A stretch of 64,000 nt of DNA from Candidatus Latescibacterota bacterium (GCA_965205485.1 OZ242180.1:3584001-3648000); one strand, 5' to 3'. Shown: positions 29,720 to 39,045, counted from the stretch's first letter. Notes: generated by a model not told the origin, from the sequence alone. Translations and numbers: made by a program.

Positions 29720-29748
29720 TTGACAATGGCGCGCGGGTGTTGTATTTT
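29720..29748 (+). promoter_or_regulatory. sigma70-type promoter of tRNA-Cys
   Basis: TTGACA-N17-TATTTT. Confidence 0.65.
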
Positions 29749-29763
29749 GAAATAATAGGGCGA

Positions 29764-29838
29764 GGCGGCGTGGCCAAGTGGTAAGGCAAGGGCCTGCAAA
29801 GCCCCGATTCGGCGGTTCGAATCCGCCCGCCGCCTCCA
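29764..29838 (+). tRNA. tRNA-Cys (GCA)
   Basis: GGCGGCG/CGCCGCC acceptor stem, anticodon loop CTGCAAA, GGTTCGAATCC T-arm, U discriminator, encoded CCA. Confidence 0.97.
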
Positions 29839-29869
29839 TTTCACGGATGGACAAGCGACTGTCTTCTTA

Positions 29870-30029
29870 GAAGCTGATTTAAATTTCCTGGTGAGTCCCG
29901 AGCGCACGCGAAAATGTGTCGGTCAAGGCGGGCAAATTCGCCCATATTTGGGTTACGGGTGGATTTGACCAACGCAGACCGACGCTTTTGCAGCCGCGCG
30001 AAGACCGCTGGGGGTTTTAAGTCAGCTTC
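29870..30029. mobile_element. MITE family B (160 bp), TTA direct repeats
   Basis: TIRs GAAGCTGATTTAAA / TTTAAGTCAGCTTC; copies at 38884, 62378, partial at 51668. Confidence 0.85.
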
Positions 30030-30079
30030 TTAAGATTAGTCGTTGTTTTTTTGGAAGTAGGAGAAACGTATAATCCCGC

Positions 30080-30108
30080 TTGACATTGTACCGGCGGATC
30101 GCTATTTT
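30080..30108 (+). promoter_or_regulatory. sigma70-type promoter of tRNA-Leu/groES
   Basis: TTGACA-N17-TATTTT. Confidence 0.65.
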
Positions 30109-30118
30109 CGAATCCGGT

Positions 30119-30204
30119 GCCGGAGTGATGGAATTGGTAGACATAGGGGACTTAAAATCCCCCGGGCCGATAAGCCCGTGCCGGTTCGAGTCCGGCCTCC
30201 GGCA
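30119..30204 (+). tRNA. tRNA-Leu (TAA)
   Basis: GCCGGAG/CTCCGGC acceptor stem, GGGGA-CTTAAAA-TCCCC anticodon arm, long variable arm, GGTTCGAGTCC; CCA not encoded. Confidence 0.96.
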
Positions 30205-30237
30205 CTCATATGGTACCGAATCCAAGAGGGCTGTCCT

Positions 30238-30642
30238 ATGAAAATCGGAAACAAGGAATTGATCATTGTGGGGGACCGGGTCCTGGTCAAGCAGGAGGAG
30301 CTCCAGGAACGCACCGAGGTGGGTCTGTACCTGCCGCAGACGGTTGTTGAAAAGGAAGAGGTCCAGGGCGGCCGGATTGTGCTGACGGGTCCGGGGATGC
30401 CGCTGCCGCAGCCGCACGACGTCGACGACGAGCCCTGGCGGAGCGTACCGGATGAACCCAAGTACCTTCCAATGCAGGCCCAAGTCGGCGACTATGCCCT
30501 GTTCATGAAAAAGATGGCGATGGAGATTAAATTCGAAGGTGAGAAGTACCTGATTATACCGCACAACTCAATACTGGCGCTGATCCGGGAAGACGTCGGC
30601 GGACTGGAGGAGCTCGACGACGTTGAAGATTTCGAGACCTGA
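30238..30642 (+). CDS. GroES (Cpn10) family co-chaperonin, variant with loop insertion and acidic tail
   Basis: GDRVLVK, T..GLYLP, GPG, VGD, EIKFEGEKYLI. Confidence 0.85.
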   Translation: MKIGNKELIIVGDRVLVKQEELQERTEVGLYLPQTVVEKEEVQGGRIVLTGPGMPLPQPHDVDDEPWRSVPDEPKYLPMQAQVGDYALFMKKMAMEIKFEGEKYLIIPHNSILALIREDVGGLEELDDVEDFET

Positions 30643-30672
30643 CAGCCCCGGCCCGACCCCGGCGCCGGGCTT

Positions 30673-31371
30673 CTATTCGGATCGACCGGCAACCGCAGGC
30701 AGATTCGAAAGCGGAGCATCCGGCTCGCCGGAGGGCGTGGACTTCAGCGCGTCAGGAATGACGACCCCCGCCGAGACGATCATCTGCATCGCCTCCTCCA
30801 CCGTGAGCGAGACGTTCCGCACCTTTTCGGGTGGAAACACCACCGTCCAGCCCGTGGCGGGATTGGGTGAGGTCGGTATAAACACGCAGCAACCGATCCG
30901 GCCATCCTCGTCCATCGGAATATCGCCCGTCGCAAAACCCAGGATCCAGAGCCCGTCGGACGGATATTCGGCGATGACCACCCGGTTGAAACCCCTGTCT
31001 TCGTCCGGTGAGACAACCGATTCCATGAACTGCTTTACCGGACCGTAGATGCTGCCGATTACCGGAAGACGTTTAATCAGATCGTCGCCCTTACCGATGA
31101 GGCGTTTGCCGAAGACATTCCCGGCTAACAGACCGGCAAGCCATATCAGGATAAGCGTCAGGACCAGCCCCAGTCCGAACACGTCGTTTTCGGTTTGAAA
31201 GATTCGCTTAACCAGGGGCTGAGCCAGTCCGTCGATCCACTGAAAGATGATCCGAAGAACGATAAACGTTACCGCAACCGGCACCAGAAGCGCGATCCCG
31301 GCTATTAGCGTACCGCGAAAGCTCATCCGTGCGCGTTTTCCCAGACTCGATATACGATTCTGCTGTCCCAT
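30673..31371 (-). CDS. DUF502 family membrane protein
   Basis: RLPVIGSIY, EYP, GFATG, FIPTSPNPATG, VEEAM..IVSAG. Confidence 0.9.
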   Translation of the reverse strand: MGQQNRISSLGKRARMSFRGTLIAGIALLVPVAVTFIVLRIIFQWIDGLAQPLVKRIFQTENDVFGLGLVLTLILIWLAGLLAGNVFGKRLIGKGDDLIKRLPVIGSIYGPVKQFMESVVSPDEDRGFNRVVIAEYPSDGLWILGFATGDIPMDEDGRIGCCVFIPTSPNPATGWTVVFPPEKVRNVSLTVEEAMQMIVSAGVVIPDALKSTPSGEPDAPLSNLPAVAGRSE

Positions 31372-31453
31372 CGTTCCTCTGCTCCGCATGCGCCGTAACG
31401 TCTCGTGGACCACTGCCGTTCCGAATTATACCGTCTTCACCAACGAAATGCTA

Positions 31454-31616
31454 GTGTTCTGTCCCAGAAATAAGTTGCCTAAATTCGGTCGCTGAGTCGC
31501 CCGTCTCGCAAGGCGCCGGAGCGCAGGCGACCTGCGTATGGTCGGCGAGCGAGGGGAACGTAGCGAGACGGGATGAATCGGCGGCCGAATGGTGAGGAAT
31601 TCTTGGGACAGGACAC
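31454..31616. mobile_element. MITE family C (163 bp), TA direct repeats (CTAG context)
   Basis: TIRs GTGTTCTGTCCCA / TGGGACAGGACAC; second copy at 47655-47929. Confidence 0.85.
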
Positions 31617-31621
31617 TAGGT

Positions 31622-32662
31622 TCAGGGCGCCGATTTCACCTGGGTGAAGGACCTGGCCATGAGGTCGATCTGGCGAAGATAGGGTTCCTTGCGTTTGTTC
31701 GGTGAATACACCCCGCAGTCGATGTAGTAGAAACGGTCCGTTTCCACGTCCACGAAAGCGTAACTCCTGAATGGGCCCCCCGCCCATTTTTTCTTGTTTT
31801 CCCATAAGCCCTGCAGGACATACGCCAGCTTCCCGGCAAATTCAGCCTGGCCGATCTCCAGGTGGTCCTGTACAATCCGGTCCCGCTCGAAAAACCTCCG
31901 GGTGATGTCGTTGCGTTTTCTGATGCACCATTCCTCCGAGAGTTCATCGGGCGAGATGCCGTCCTCCCAGTAGACGAACAACCAACGGTTGGGTTCCTCC
32001 TTCGTCAACACCACGAATCCGCTGTCGGGATAGGCCTCCAGGATGCGGTATCCGAAAGCCACGCGCACCTGCCAGCCGAATTCCCGCCCGAGCCGCTCGG
32101 TGACGTCCTTCCGTTCGCCATACCGATAAATCAACCGCCGAATCCGCTCGTTGCGGGCGTCTTCGATCCGCTGGTAGAGCCGGTCAGCTTCCATCCGGAG
32201 GTTGTCCACCAGCGCGGCGCTATCCGCGCCGGACACCGCCATGAGGAGTTGTTCCTTTGCCCAGACGTCTTCCTTCCAGAATACGCCGGACCGGTTCATC
32301 CGCACGGCGTCTTGCACGTTAGGACTCAGGATATTCCTCAGGAATCCCGCAGTGGGATGGGGAGCGTCGATTTCGGCGACAACCAGGATATTCTTGCGCC
32401 TCTTGTTCTCGTACCTTTCGAAATTGGCCACATCTTCGAATTGCAGCCGGAAAATCTTCTCTTCCTGAGGCGTATAGATGATTTTTTCGAAGACCTCTTT
32501 CAAATGCGGTTCCAGGCTCTCACGGGCGGCCGGATCGATCAGGACAAGTATTTCCTGTGCGGGTCCTACCGACTCGGGCAGCCGCGGGCCGCAGCCGGCC
32601 AGCAATATCACGCACAGCGCGGTCGGGGAAATCCAGGTTCGTATTTTGAAACTCGGCGCCAT
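31622..32662 (-). CDS. DUF4837 family lipoprotein
   Basis: Lipobox LAGC; TPQEE..F, DVWAKEQ, GLWE....AGGPF, P...K..YLRQ. Confidence 0.75.
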   Translation of the reverse strand: MAPSFKIRTWISPTALCVILLAGCGPRLPESVGPAQEILVLIDPAARESLEPHLKEVFEKIIYTPQEEKIFRLQFEDVANFERYENKRRKNILVVAEIDAPHPTAGFLRNILSPNVQDAVRMNRSGVFWKEDVWAKEQLLMAVSGADSAALVDNLRMEADRLYQRIEDARNERIRRLIYRYGERKDVTERLGREFGWQVRVAFGYRILEAYPDSGFVVLTKEEPNRWLFVYWEDGISPDELSEEWCIRKRNDITRRFFERDRIVQDHLEIGQAEFAGKLAYVLQGLWENKKKWAGGPFRSYAFVDVETDRFYYIDCGVYSPNKRKEPYLRQIDLMARSFTQVKSAP

Positions 32663-32690
32663 GTCCTGAACAGCCGTTTGAAGGCAGTGA

Positions 32691-32727
32691 AATTGCCGGC
32701 GAGCGGTTTGGTTCGCTGCCGGCAATT
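32691..32727. terminator. Intergenic hairpin, possible terminator or processing site
   Basis: AATTGCCGGC...GCCGGCAATT with inner AGCG/CGCT pairing. Confidence 0.45.
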
Positions 32728-32849
32728 GTAATTGCACAGTGCGTGCCTGACGTTATCGCTCGTTGGCAAAAATACTCAATCAAAAGGACGCCAGAAAGGG
32801 AAAAATGCCACCCGTCCGCCTGACTGGATGTGCCTTCCTTCCGCGCGCG

Positions 32850-34664
32850 TTACTTCCTGGTGCCGAATTCGATCTGCGCCGCCCAGGTGCTCGATGTACC
32901 TTTTTCGGTATTCTTGACTGCGTATCGTACAGAAACGCGGATCCGCGACCCCGTGCAGACGATCCGGATTCCGGCCGTTCGGCCTCTTCCGGACAGGAGT
33001 TGCAGGCGGCTGCCACCCCATACATCGGGCTCGAACGTATATATTCGGGAGTCGAAGTGGGTCACGTCGAAAAGGGCCAGCCAGGCGTCGCCTCTCAGTC
33101 CTGTCCCGCGCTGGACGCGGAGATCCAGACCCGCGGCGCGGCCGCCGCTTTTTCGGATGGGGGCGCGGGCGCCCGCGCCTTCCAGCCACAGATTGAGGCG
33201 CGCGTTTGTTCTGGGCACGGTCAGACGAAGACGTGCGCGTCTCTGATGTCGCGGGCCTGTGATGCCCGAAGTCGTGACCGTCTGCCGCCGCGTGCCCAGC
33301 GTTAGCCGCATCCTGGCGCTGCCGAGGCGACGCCTCATTTCGAAGGCGAATCGCTCGCCACGGGCGGGCAGCGTGTATTTGCCTTGGGGCGCGATGCGGC
33401 CGTGCCGGTCGAGCGTGGCCTGCAACCGTGTTCTCCTGTCCGGCCGCCACACGGCGCCGGTGAACAGACCCCACTCGTTGCTGCCGCTGTAAGCGGAGAA
33501 CGGGCCGCCGTGCAGGCTTGAAAACCCGGGCGGATACCTGCGGGCAAGTACCACCAGTTTGAGGCGATCGATTTCCGTGCGTGCGCCGGTCAGCCAGGCA
33601 ACGGCTCTCCGCCCGGATGCCGCGATTTCGCCGAAAGCGTTTACCTGCCTCGCCCGCAGGTTCCAGTCCAAACCGGAGGAATGCAGGCGTCGTACGTCTT
33701 GCAGCGCAGGCGAAAACGTGGTCCGGACGAAAGTCGCCCCTATACTGCCGGCCGGCACTTCGACCCGGGATCGAAACGCCGCCAGGTGTTCCCGCAGCCT
33801 GCCTCTGCGTTCTCGCTGGGTTTGCGTGACGTGCAGGTCGGCGGTGCGTATCTCGGCAACGCCGGAACTGTCGATGGCGGCATCCCAGCGGTTGCTGGCG
33901 CCCATGGCCGTCCACGTGACCCGACCGGACCGGCCTTCTGCAAACAGGCCGCGGAGTGCGCCGTCTTCGATTGCGGAGCGGTTGCCCACGGTTCGAACGC
34001 TGGCTGGCCTGGCCCACTCGATGCCCGTCGCGGACCGGTTGTGGCGGCTGAAAAGCAGGCCCTGTCCGTAACCGGGTCGGAAGTCGCCCGCGAGCAGGCG
34101 CCGCAAGCCCGGCACGGTCGCGACGCTCACGTATCCGGTGAGGAAGTCCGCAAGCCGTACTTCCAGAGGGTCGCGTTCCGTGAGGAAGACGCCTTCCACG
34201 CGCCGTACTCCGATCACGGTGCGCTGGTAGAGCCGCAGGCTGGACCAGGCGTCAGAATGGCTGGACGGGCGGGTGATCCTGAGGGACGTCCGGACGCGGG
34301 GACCTCGCAGCGACGATACGGTCAGATAGGGCCGGACGGCGGCGAGGGTCTCGGATGTGACGCCGGGAACCCCGAGGAGATCGCCTAGACGTTGGTAGGG
34401 CCCGAACCGCTTTCGATAGGCGATGACCTGGCGCGCCAACTCGGGCGAGAACCAGGGCAGTGCCTGCAGGTCCTCGGAGTTGGCCCTGTTGACGTTGATG
34501 ACCTGTCCGTCCAGATCCCGGAGAACGGCCAGGTACGTCTCCGCGGTTTCAGGATTTAAGGATTCCTGCGCATGAGACGCGAAACCGCAGAGTAAATTTG
34601 GAAGCAGAGCGATGAAAGTCACTTTCGTTCTGCAACTGGCGAATTGAAAGAAAGCGCATACCAC
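32850..34664 (-). CDS. Helix-hairpin-helix (ComEA-like) domain protein fused to a predicted outer-membrane beta-barrel
   Basis: INVNRANSEDLQALP...YRKRFGPY..LGDLLGVPGV; GDFRPGYGQGL; alternating-strand C-terminus; start uncertain. Confidence 0.75.
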   Translation of the reverse strand: MVCAFFQFASCRTKVTFIALLPNLLCGFASHAQESLNPETAETYLAVLRDLDGQVINVNRANSEDLQALPWFSPELARQVIAYRKRFGPYQRLGDLLGVPGVTSETLAAVRPYLTVSSLRGPRVRTSLRITRPSSHSDAWSSLRLYQRTVIGVRRVEGVFLTERDPLEVRLADFLTGYVSVATVPGLRRLLAGDFRPGYGQGLLFSRHNRSATGIEWARPASVRTVGNRSAIEDGALRGLFAEGRSGRVTWTAMGASNRWDAAIDSSGVAEIRTADLHVTQTQRERRGRLREHLAAFRSRVEVPAGSIGATFVRTTFSPALQDVRRLHSSGLDWNLRARQVNAFGEIAASGRRAVAWLTGARTEIDRLKLVVLARRYPPGFSSLHGGPFSAYSGSNEWGLFTGAVWRPDRRTRLQATLDRHGRIAPQGKYTLPARGERFAFEMRRRLGSARMRLTLGTRRQTVTTSGITGPRHQRRARLRLTVPRTNARLNLWLEGAGARAPIRKSGGRAAGLDLRVQRGTGLRGDAWLALFDVTHFDSRIYTFEPDVWGGSRLQLLSGRGRTAGIRIVCTGSRIRVSVRYAVKNTEKGTSSTWAAQIEFGTRK

Positions 34665-34825
34665 AGGCTGCCCCCCTGACATTTCAATTGGGCACAAGCT
34701 ATTGTTAACAAGCAATGAACCTGCCGTAGACGATGCGTCCGGCCGTTGCTCGTTGAATCCAGTGCAATTGAAATGCCAGCGGGTAGCATTTGTGATGCGG
34801 GGAGGAAAAGTGCGAGTGGAGGCGA

Positions 34826-36739
34826 TCAGGGTTCGGACGCGGCCTTGTCCGCGCGGCCGATTGAGAGGAGCTGAATCTTTCCGTCTTTTGCGGTCAGAAG
34901 GTACATCCAGCCGTTTTCCCGGTTGCCCCGGCTGAAGGAGATCTTTCCGGTGGCGCCCGGGATTTCACCGAGGTTCTCCAGCGCGTGCTGAAGTCGCCCG
35001 GGTGTCGTGCCGCCCCTTTCAACTGCGGTCAGAACCGCCGTCATGGCGTCGTATCCCAGCGCGGCCGCAATGCTCTGGTCGCGATTGAACCGTTGTCTGA
35101 AGGCGCCCAGGAACTCGTGAACGGAGACCAGATCGCTGCGAGTAGAATACTTGGCGACAAAGACCGCGCCGTCGGTATAGGAGTCTCGCGCGACTTCGTG
35201 GTGATTCCAGCCGTCGCTGCCCAGCAGTCGCGAGTGAATGCGGTGGAAGGCGATCTGCGGCGCGATCAGCAGGACGTCGTCCTTGCCCCCGGCAATGAGC
35301 AGGCCATCCAGCGTATGCACCGGCGGCGGCTGCACCGTATCGGGATCCACTTCGACCGGGGGCGGTGGCGCCAGCCGAATGCTACCCAGAATCAGCGAGT
35401 CTATTTCGTCCGCGAGGATTTCGGGCGGATGGAGCGCCAGTCCGGCGTCTCTGATGCGTTCCAGCTGACCCCGGTAGTCGGTCGTGCCCGGTTCGTACCA
35501 CGTCTGTATGACGACTTCCGAACCCGACTCTTCCGCACGGGCCGTGAACTCCCTGGCGATTCGCTCACCGTAGGTGTCCCGGGACGCAAAGGTCGCCAAA
35601 GTGCGCATGCCCGATTCCCGGACCGCGTAGTCGGCAATCCGGCGGCCCTGCGCGCCGGGCGTTGCGTTGATCTGAAACACCCAGGGACTCAGGGTCGCCA
35701 GCCCGTCCTCCGATGCCGTGGGCGCAATCAGCGGAACCTCGTAAGAGCCGGCCAGTGCAGCGATGGGAAGGGTCTCAGCGCTGGTGAGGGCGCCGATTAT
35801 GGCAATCACATCGTGTTCTTCGACCAGACTCTGAGCTGCCTTTATCGCGCGTACCGGGCTGCCTTCCGAGTCTTTGAAGACCAGCGCGACCGGCTCTCGC
35901 GATTTGAGTTGATGCAGCTCCCGGGCGACCAGGACACCGTCTACCATGTCCTTTCCCGGCGGGCTTGCCAGGGGCGCGATCACGCCTATCGTGAAGCGCG
36001 CGTCGGCCGGTTCTTCGGGGCCTACGGCGGCAGGTGTGGGCGGCACACCGGCTACGGAGGGCTGAATGCGTTCCGGCTCAAGGCGTTTTTCTCTTACCAG
36101 CGGCGCGAAGGTGCCGTTGGGATACCGATCCACGAATCCGGCCATATCCTTTCCGGATGGTTCGGTCCGGGCAAGTCTCGACGGCCACCGGGCGCGGCCG
36201 AACGCCAGGGCCTCCGCGACGATGTCCCTTCCAAAGTCGTTCTTCAGACGTGCGACGTCGCCATCGGTGATTCTCCCCGCTCCGGCTAGTTGACCCAGCC
36301 GATCCGCTGCTCTGGCCTTCAGGCGGAGGTCTGCCTTTCCGGACACCACGCGGGCGTACAGGGCCGCGGCGGCGTAGACCCTTCCCTGCTGGAATTCGCA
36401 ATCACCGGCGATCAGGTCGGCTTCGGGAAGATAACTGCTGCGCGGGAAGGCGTCGTAGATTCCCACTGCCGTTGCCAGCGCCAGATTGTATTTCCCGAGT
36501 TTGTAGAGCGATTTGGCGAGCATCAGCCGGGAGGCCGATGTTCGCCAGTGTGCGGGGTCGGCTTCGGCCAGCGCCCGGAAGGCCGCTTCCGCCGCCCGAT
36601 AGTTGCCGGCAGTGTAGTCGCCAAGGGCGCTGTGAAACCGGTTTTCGATCTCCCCGCGGCCGATCTGCGCATCGGAAGGATGTGCGACTGCGAGATGAGT
36701 AACGAGGACAAGCCAGAACGCTGAAGCGATCCGATTCAC
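34826..36739 (-). CDS. TPR + type I periplasmic binding fold protein (LpoA-like penicillin-binding protein activator or ABC substrate-binding protein)
   Basis: Signal peptide, TPR helices, IGVIAPL, AIIGALTS, PLIAPTAS, ALGYDA, GATGKISF. Confidence 0.75.
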   Translation of the reverse strand: MNRIASAFWLVLVTHLAVAHPSDAQIGRGEIENRFHSALGDYTAGNYRAAEAAFRALAEADPAHWRTSASRLMLAKSLYKLGKYNLALATAVGIYDAFPRSSYLPEADLIAGDCEFQQGRVYAAAALYARVVSGKADLRLKARAADRLGQLAGAGRITDGDVARLKNDFGRDIVAEALAFGRARWPSRLARTEPSGKDMAGFVDRYPNGTFAPLVREKRLEPERIQPSVAGVPPTPAAVGPEEPADARFTIGVIAPLASPPGKDMVDGVLVARELHQLKSREPVALVFKDSEGSPVRAIKAAQSLVEEHDVIAIIGALTSAETLPIAALAGSYEVPLIAPTASEDGLATLSPWVFQINATPGAQGRRIADYAVRESGMRTLATFASRDTYGERIAREFTARAEESGSEVVIQTWYEPGTTDYRGQLERIRDAGLALHPPEILADEIDSLILGSIRLAPPPPVEVDPDTVQPPPVHTLDGLLIAGGKDDVLLIAPQIAFHRIHSRLLGSDGWNHHEVARDSYTDGAVFVAKYSTRSDLVSVHEFLGAFRQRFNRDQSIAAALGYDAMTAVLTAVERGGTTPGRLQHALENLGEIPGATGKISFSRGNRENGWMYLLTAKDGKIQLLSIGRADKAASEP

Positions 36740-37045
36740 ACGTGGTTCCTCACGGAAATGACATCCCGAACAACTGGTTTTCCAACCTGCCAGAAGCCGT
36801 CTTCAGCCGGACGTGGAATTCTCCGGTGGGGTGAGCAGGTGCAGCTTCGTTTTCGCAGAGTACCGCAGCCGCAAAACCCAAATATAGGGACAATGCTCGG
36901 GATAGGCGAGTGTTTTGTATTTAATTGGTCAGACATCGTATCCCGGCTTCCGATTCAACACTCGCACTTTGCGTGGATATTGGTATTGACAACACGACGG
37001 CGTAGATATACTGTATGACTGGGCTGCTGTTTTTTCGAATTGGGG

Positions 37046-37081
37046 TTAATCCTTTGAATCCTTAGTAATCCTGTTAATCTT
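37046..37081. repeat. Degenerate ~9-mer tandem repeat (AATCCT core)
   Basis: TTAATCCTT TGAATCCTT AGTAATCCTG TTAATCTT; related runs near 2477-2503, 20107-20124, 27548-27645. Confidence 0.6.
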
Positions 37082-37097
37082 GGTAAGGAGAGAAGAA

Positions 37098-38270
37098 ATG
37101 AAGACCGACGAAACAACCTCCACCTACAGGGCGCCCGCCTTTGCCGACGCGCTGCCCGAGTTGGCGGCGCCGGGCGCGACGCCCGAGCGGCTGGCGCACC
37201 TCGAGGAGCACGGATTCATCATCATCAACGACTTCGTCGACAGTCCGTGGATTCCGGTTCTCCGGGATGCGGGCCGCCGGATTACGGAGGCGTGCGCCCC
37301 GGCCAACGGGTACAGCAAAATCGACAGCTCCAGGGGTTACGTCCACCGTACCGGGAAGGACGAACCGTGGGCGATACGCGGTCTGGTCCATCCGGCATTC
37401 AATGAACCCTGTTTCGCGGAGTTCCACGGCTCGGACGATTTTCTGAACTTCGTGCGCTCCTGGTGCAATGGTCTTGGCCCCGAGGATTTCACGTATGGCG
37501 GTCTGCTGTTGTGGTGCAATCCGAGAGAGACGGAACATTCCCTCAGCTGGCATCGTGACGCGACGTGGTGGGGGACGGGAAAGCCCTATTTCGCGCAGCG
37601 TGAGATCCGCGGGGAGGGGCCCGAAGCGTATACGGAAGAGGTGGAGCGGGAGCGCTGGGCGGAGATTCGCGCGAACAACGCCAGGTCGATTACCGAGCGG
37701 AACGGGGTGAGCATGTTCCTTGCGCTGGTCGACGAAGAATGCCACGAACTCATACCCGGCAGCCACAATCGGTGGCGCACGCCCTACGAGCACGATGTCC
37801 TCCTTCCCAAGGCCATGAAGGAGAAGGGCGTCCCGCACACACCCAGTTGGAACGGCGTCGACCCGTTGCCGGGACAGGTCGCAGTGAGGCTGAAGGCGGG
37901 CGAAGCTCTCATACGGATCGGCTCGAATATTCACACGGGCCACACCGTACCCGAAAGAGAAAGGAATACGCTGTCCATCGGATGGTCCAGGTGGTCCGGG
38001 CCGTTCACGGGTGATCCTTCCGTGGCCGACGTGCGGAGCGCATGGCAGCTTGATCCCGCGGTGCGTGACGCGTTGCCCTACGACTGGATGAGAACTGCGT
38101 GGGACCGATGGGCCGAAACGCAAAAGCTCGGCGATACGCTCGAAGACCGGTACCCCGCTTACGACATCCGGCGGATAAAGGCCGGAGAAGTCGTGGGCTG
38201 GCGCGGCGAGTTGGAGCGCCAGGCCGCCGAGGCTGGCGAGGCCTGGCAGTCCTTTCAGCGGGCCGGATAG
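37098..38270 (+). CDS. Divergent PhyH-like 2OG-Fe(II) dioxygenase
   Basis: LEEHGFII, WHRD, IPGSH, LKAGE, IHTG; RBS AAGGAG. Confidence 0.75.
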   Translation: MKTDETTSTYRAPAFADALPELAAPGATPERLAHLEEHGFIIINDFVDSPWIPVLRDAGRRITEACAPANGYSKIDSSRGYVHRTGKDEPWAIRGLVHPAFNEPCFAEFHGSDDFLNFVRSWCNGLGPEDFTYGGLLLWCNPRETEHSLSWHRDATWWGTGKPYFAQREIRGEGPEAYTEEVERERWAEIRANNARSITERNGVSMFLALVDEECHELIPGSHNRWRTPYEHDVLLPKAMKEKGVPHTPSWNGVDPLPGQVAVRLKAGEALIRIGSNIHTGHTVPERERNTLSIGWSRWSGPFTGDPSVADVRSAWQLDPAVRDALPYDWMRTAWDRWAETQKLGDTLEDRYPAYDIRRIKAGEVVGWRGELERQAAEAGEAWQSFQRAG

Positions 38271-38405
38271 GGTGTAGCCCCACTCTTGTTACCTCCGCGG
38301 TTCCGCCGGAGTCAGGACGAATGGGCGTCGATCCACTTTTTTTGAACAACCGTCCTTGACAAACGTATATAAGATGGCGTCAATTCTGACAGACGAAATC
38401 CGCTT

Positions 38406-38768
38406 GTGAGGCAGAGGATGATTCGCGCGCTATCCACGACAGGTCTGGCAGTTGGCTTCGCTCTTGCTGCCATCCAGTGCCTGTGCGGGATGTCGGTTCC
38501 GGTTGAAGCATGCCACGCCCAGCCGGTTGAGGCGGACTGCTGCTGCGCCGGAAACGGTGGCAGCGTTAAAGATGCCCCGCCGGATCTGCCTTCCGCGATT
38601 CAGTCCTCAACGCCCCGTTTTCCGGGTCCGGATTCCCACACCGGACCTCGATCGGTCAGCTCCGCCGGGGCTTTTGGTTCATGCATGACCCGCGCGGGCG
38701 TATTTCATTCGGCCCCGCCCCATCCGTTATCCTCGCTGTACCTGATGAATGCTTCGTTTCTAATCTGA
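38406..38768 (+). CDS. Small Cys-rich protein upstream of the cus operon (DUF2946/HYC_CC_PP-like leader)
   Basis: Hydrophobic N-terminus, CLC, CH, CCC, C-terminal HSAPP...LYLMNASFLI. Confidence 0.6.
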   Translation: MRQRMIRALSTTGLAVGFALAAIQCLCGMSVPVEACHAQPVEADCCCAGNGGSVKDAPPDLPSAIQSSTPRFPGPDSHTGPRSVSSAGAFGSCMTRAGVFHSAPPHPLSSLYLMNASFLI

Positions 38769-38781
38769 TTTCCCGCCCTGT

Positions 38782-38839
38782 CAGCCCGTTGAAAAAGCCC
38801 ATCCGGCTTCGCCTGCAGAGCGGCTTTATCACCGGACTG
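38782..38839. mobile_element. 58-bp internally deleted MITE family A copy (inverted relative to 21471)
   Basis: CAGCCCGTTGAAAAAGCCCATCCGG joined to CTTCGCCTGCAGAGCGGCTTTATCACCGGACTG. Confidence 0.8.
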
Positions 38840-38883
38840 CTGACCGCGTCTCCCGCGGCGCGGTATCTTTCTTCTCCTCGTTG

Positions 38884-39045
38884 GAAGTTGTTTTAAAATT
38901 ACCGGTGAGTTCCCGAGCGCGAGCGAAAAAGTGGCGGTCAAGGCGGGAAATTCCACCCATATTTGTCTATACGGGTGGGTTTGACCAACGCCGACCGGCG
39001 CTTTTGCAGCCGCGCGAAGACCGCTGGGAATTTTAAGACAGCTTC
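38884..39045. mobile_element. MITE family B copy (162 bp)
   Basis: 7 differences from the 62378-62539 copy by manual alignment. Confidence 0.88.

Noticed and set aside
29764..30204. tRNAs as prophage or island attachment sites
   Set aside because: No integrase and no duplicated tRNA 3' end seen in the window
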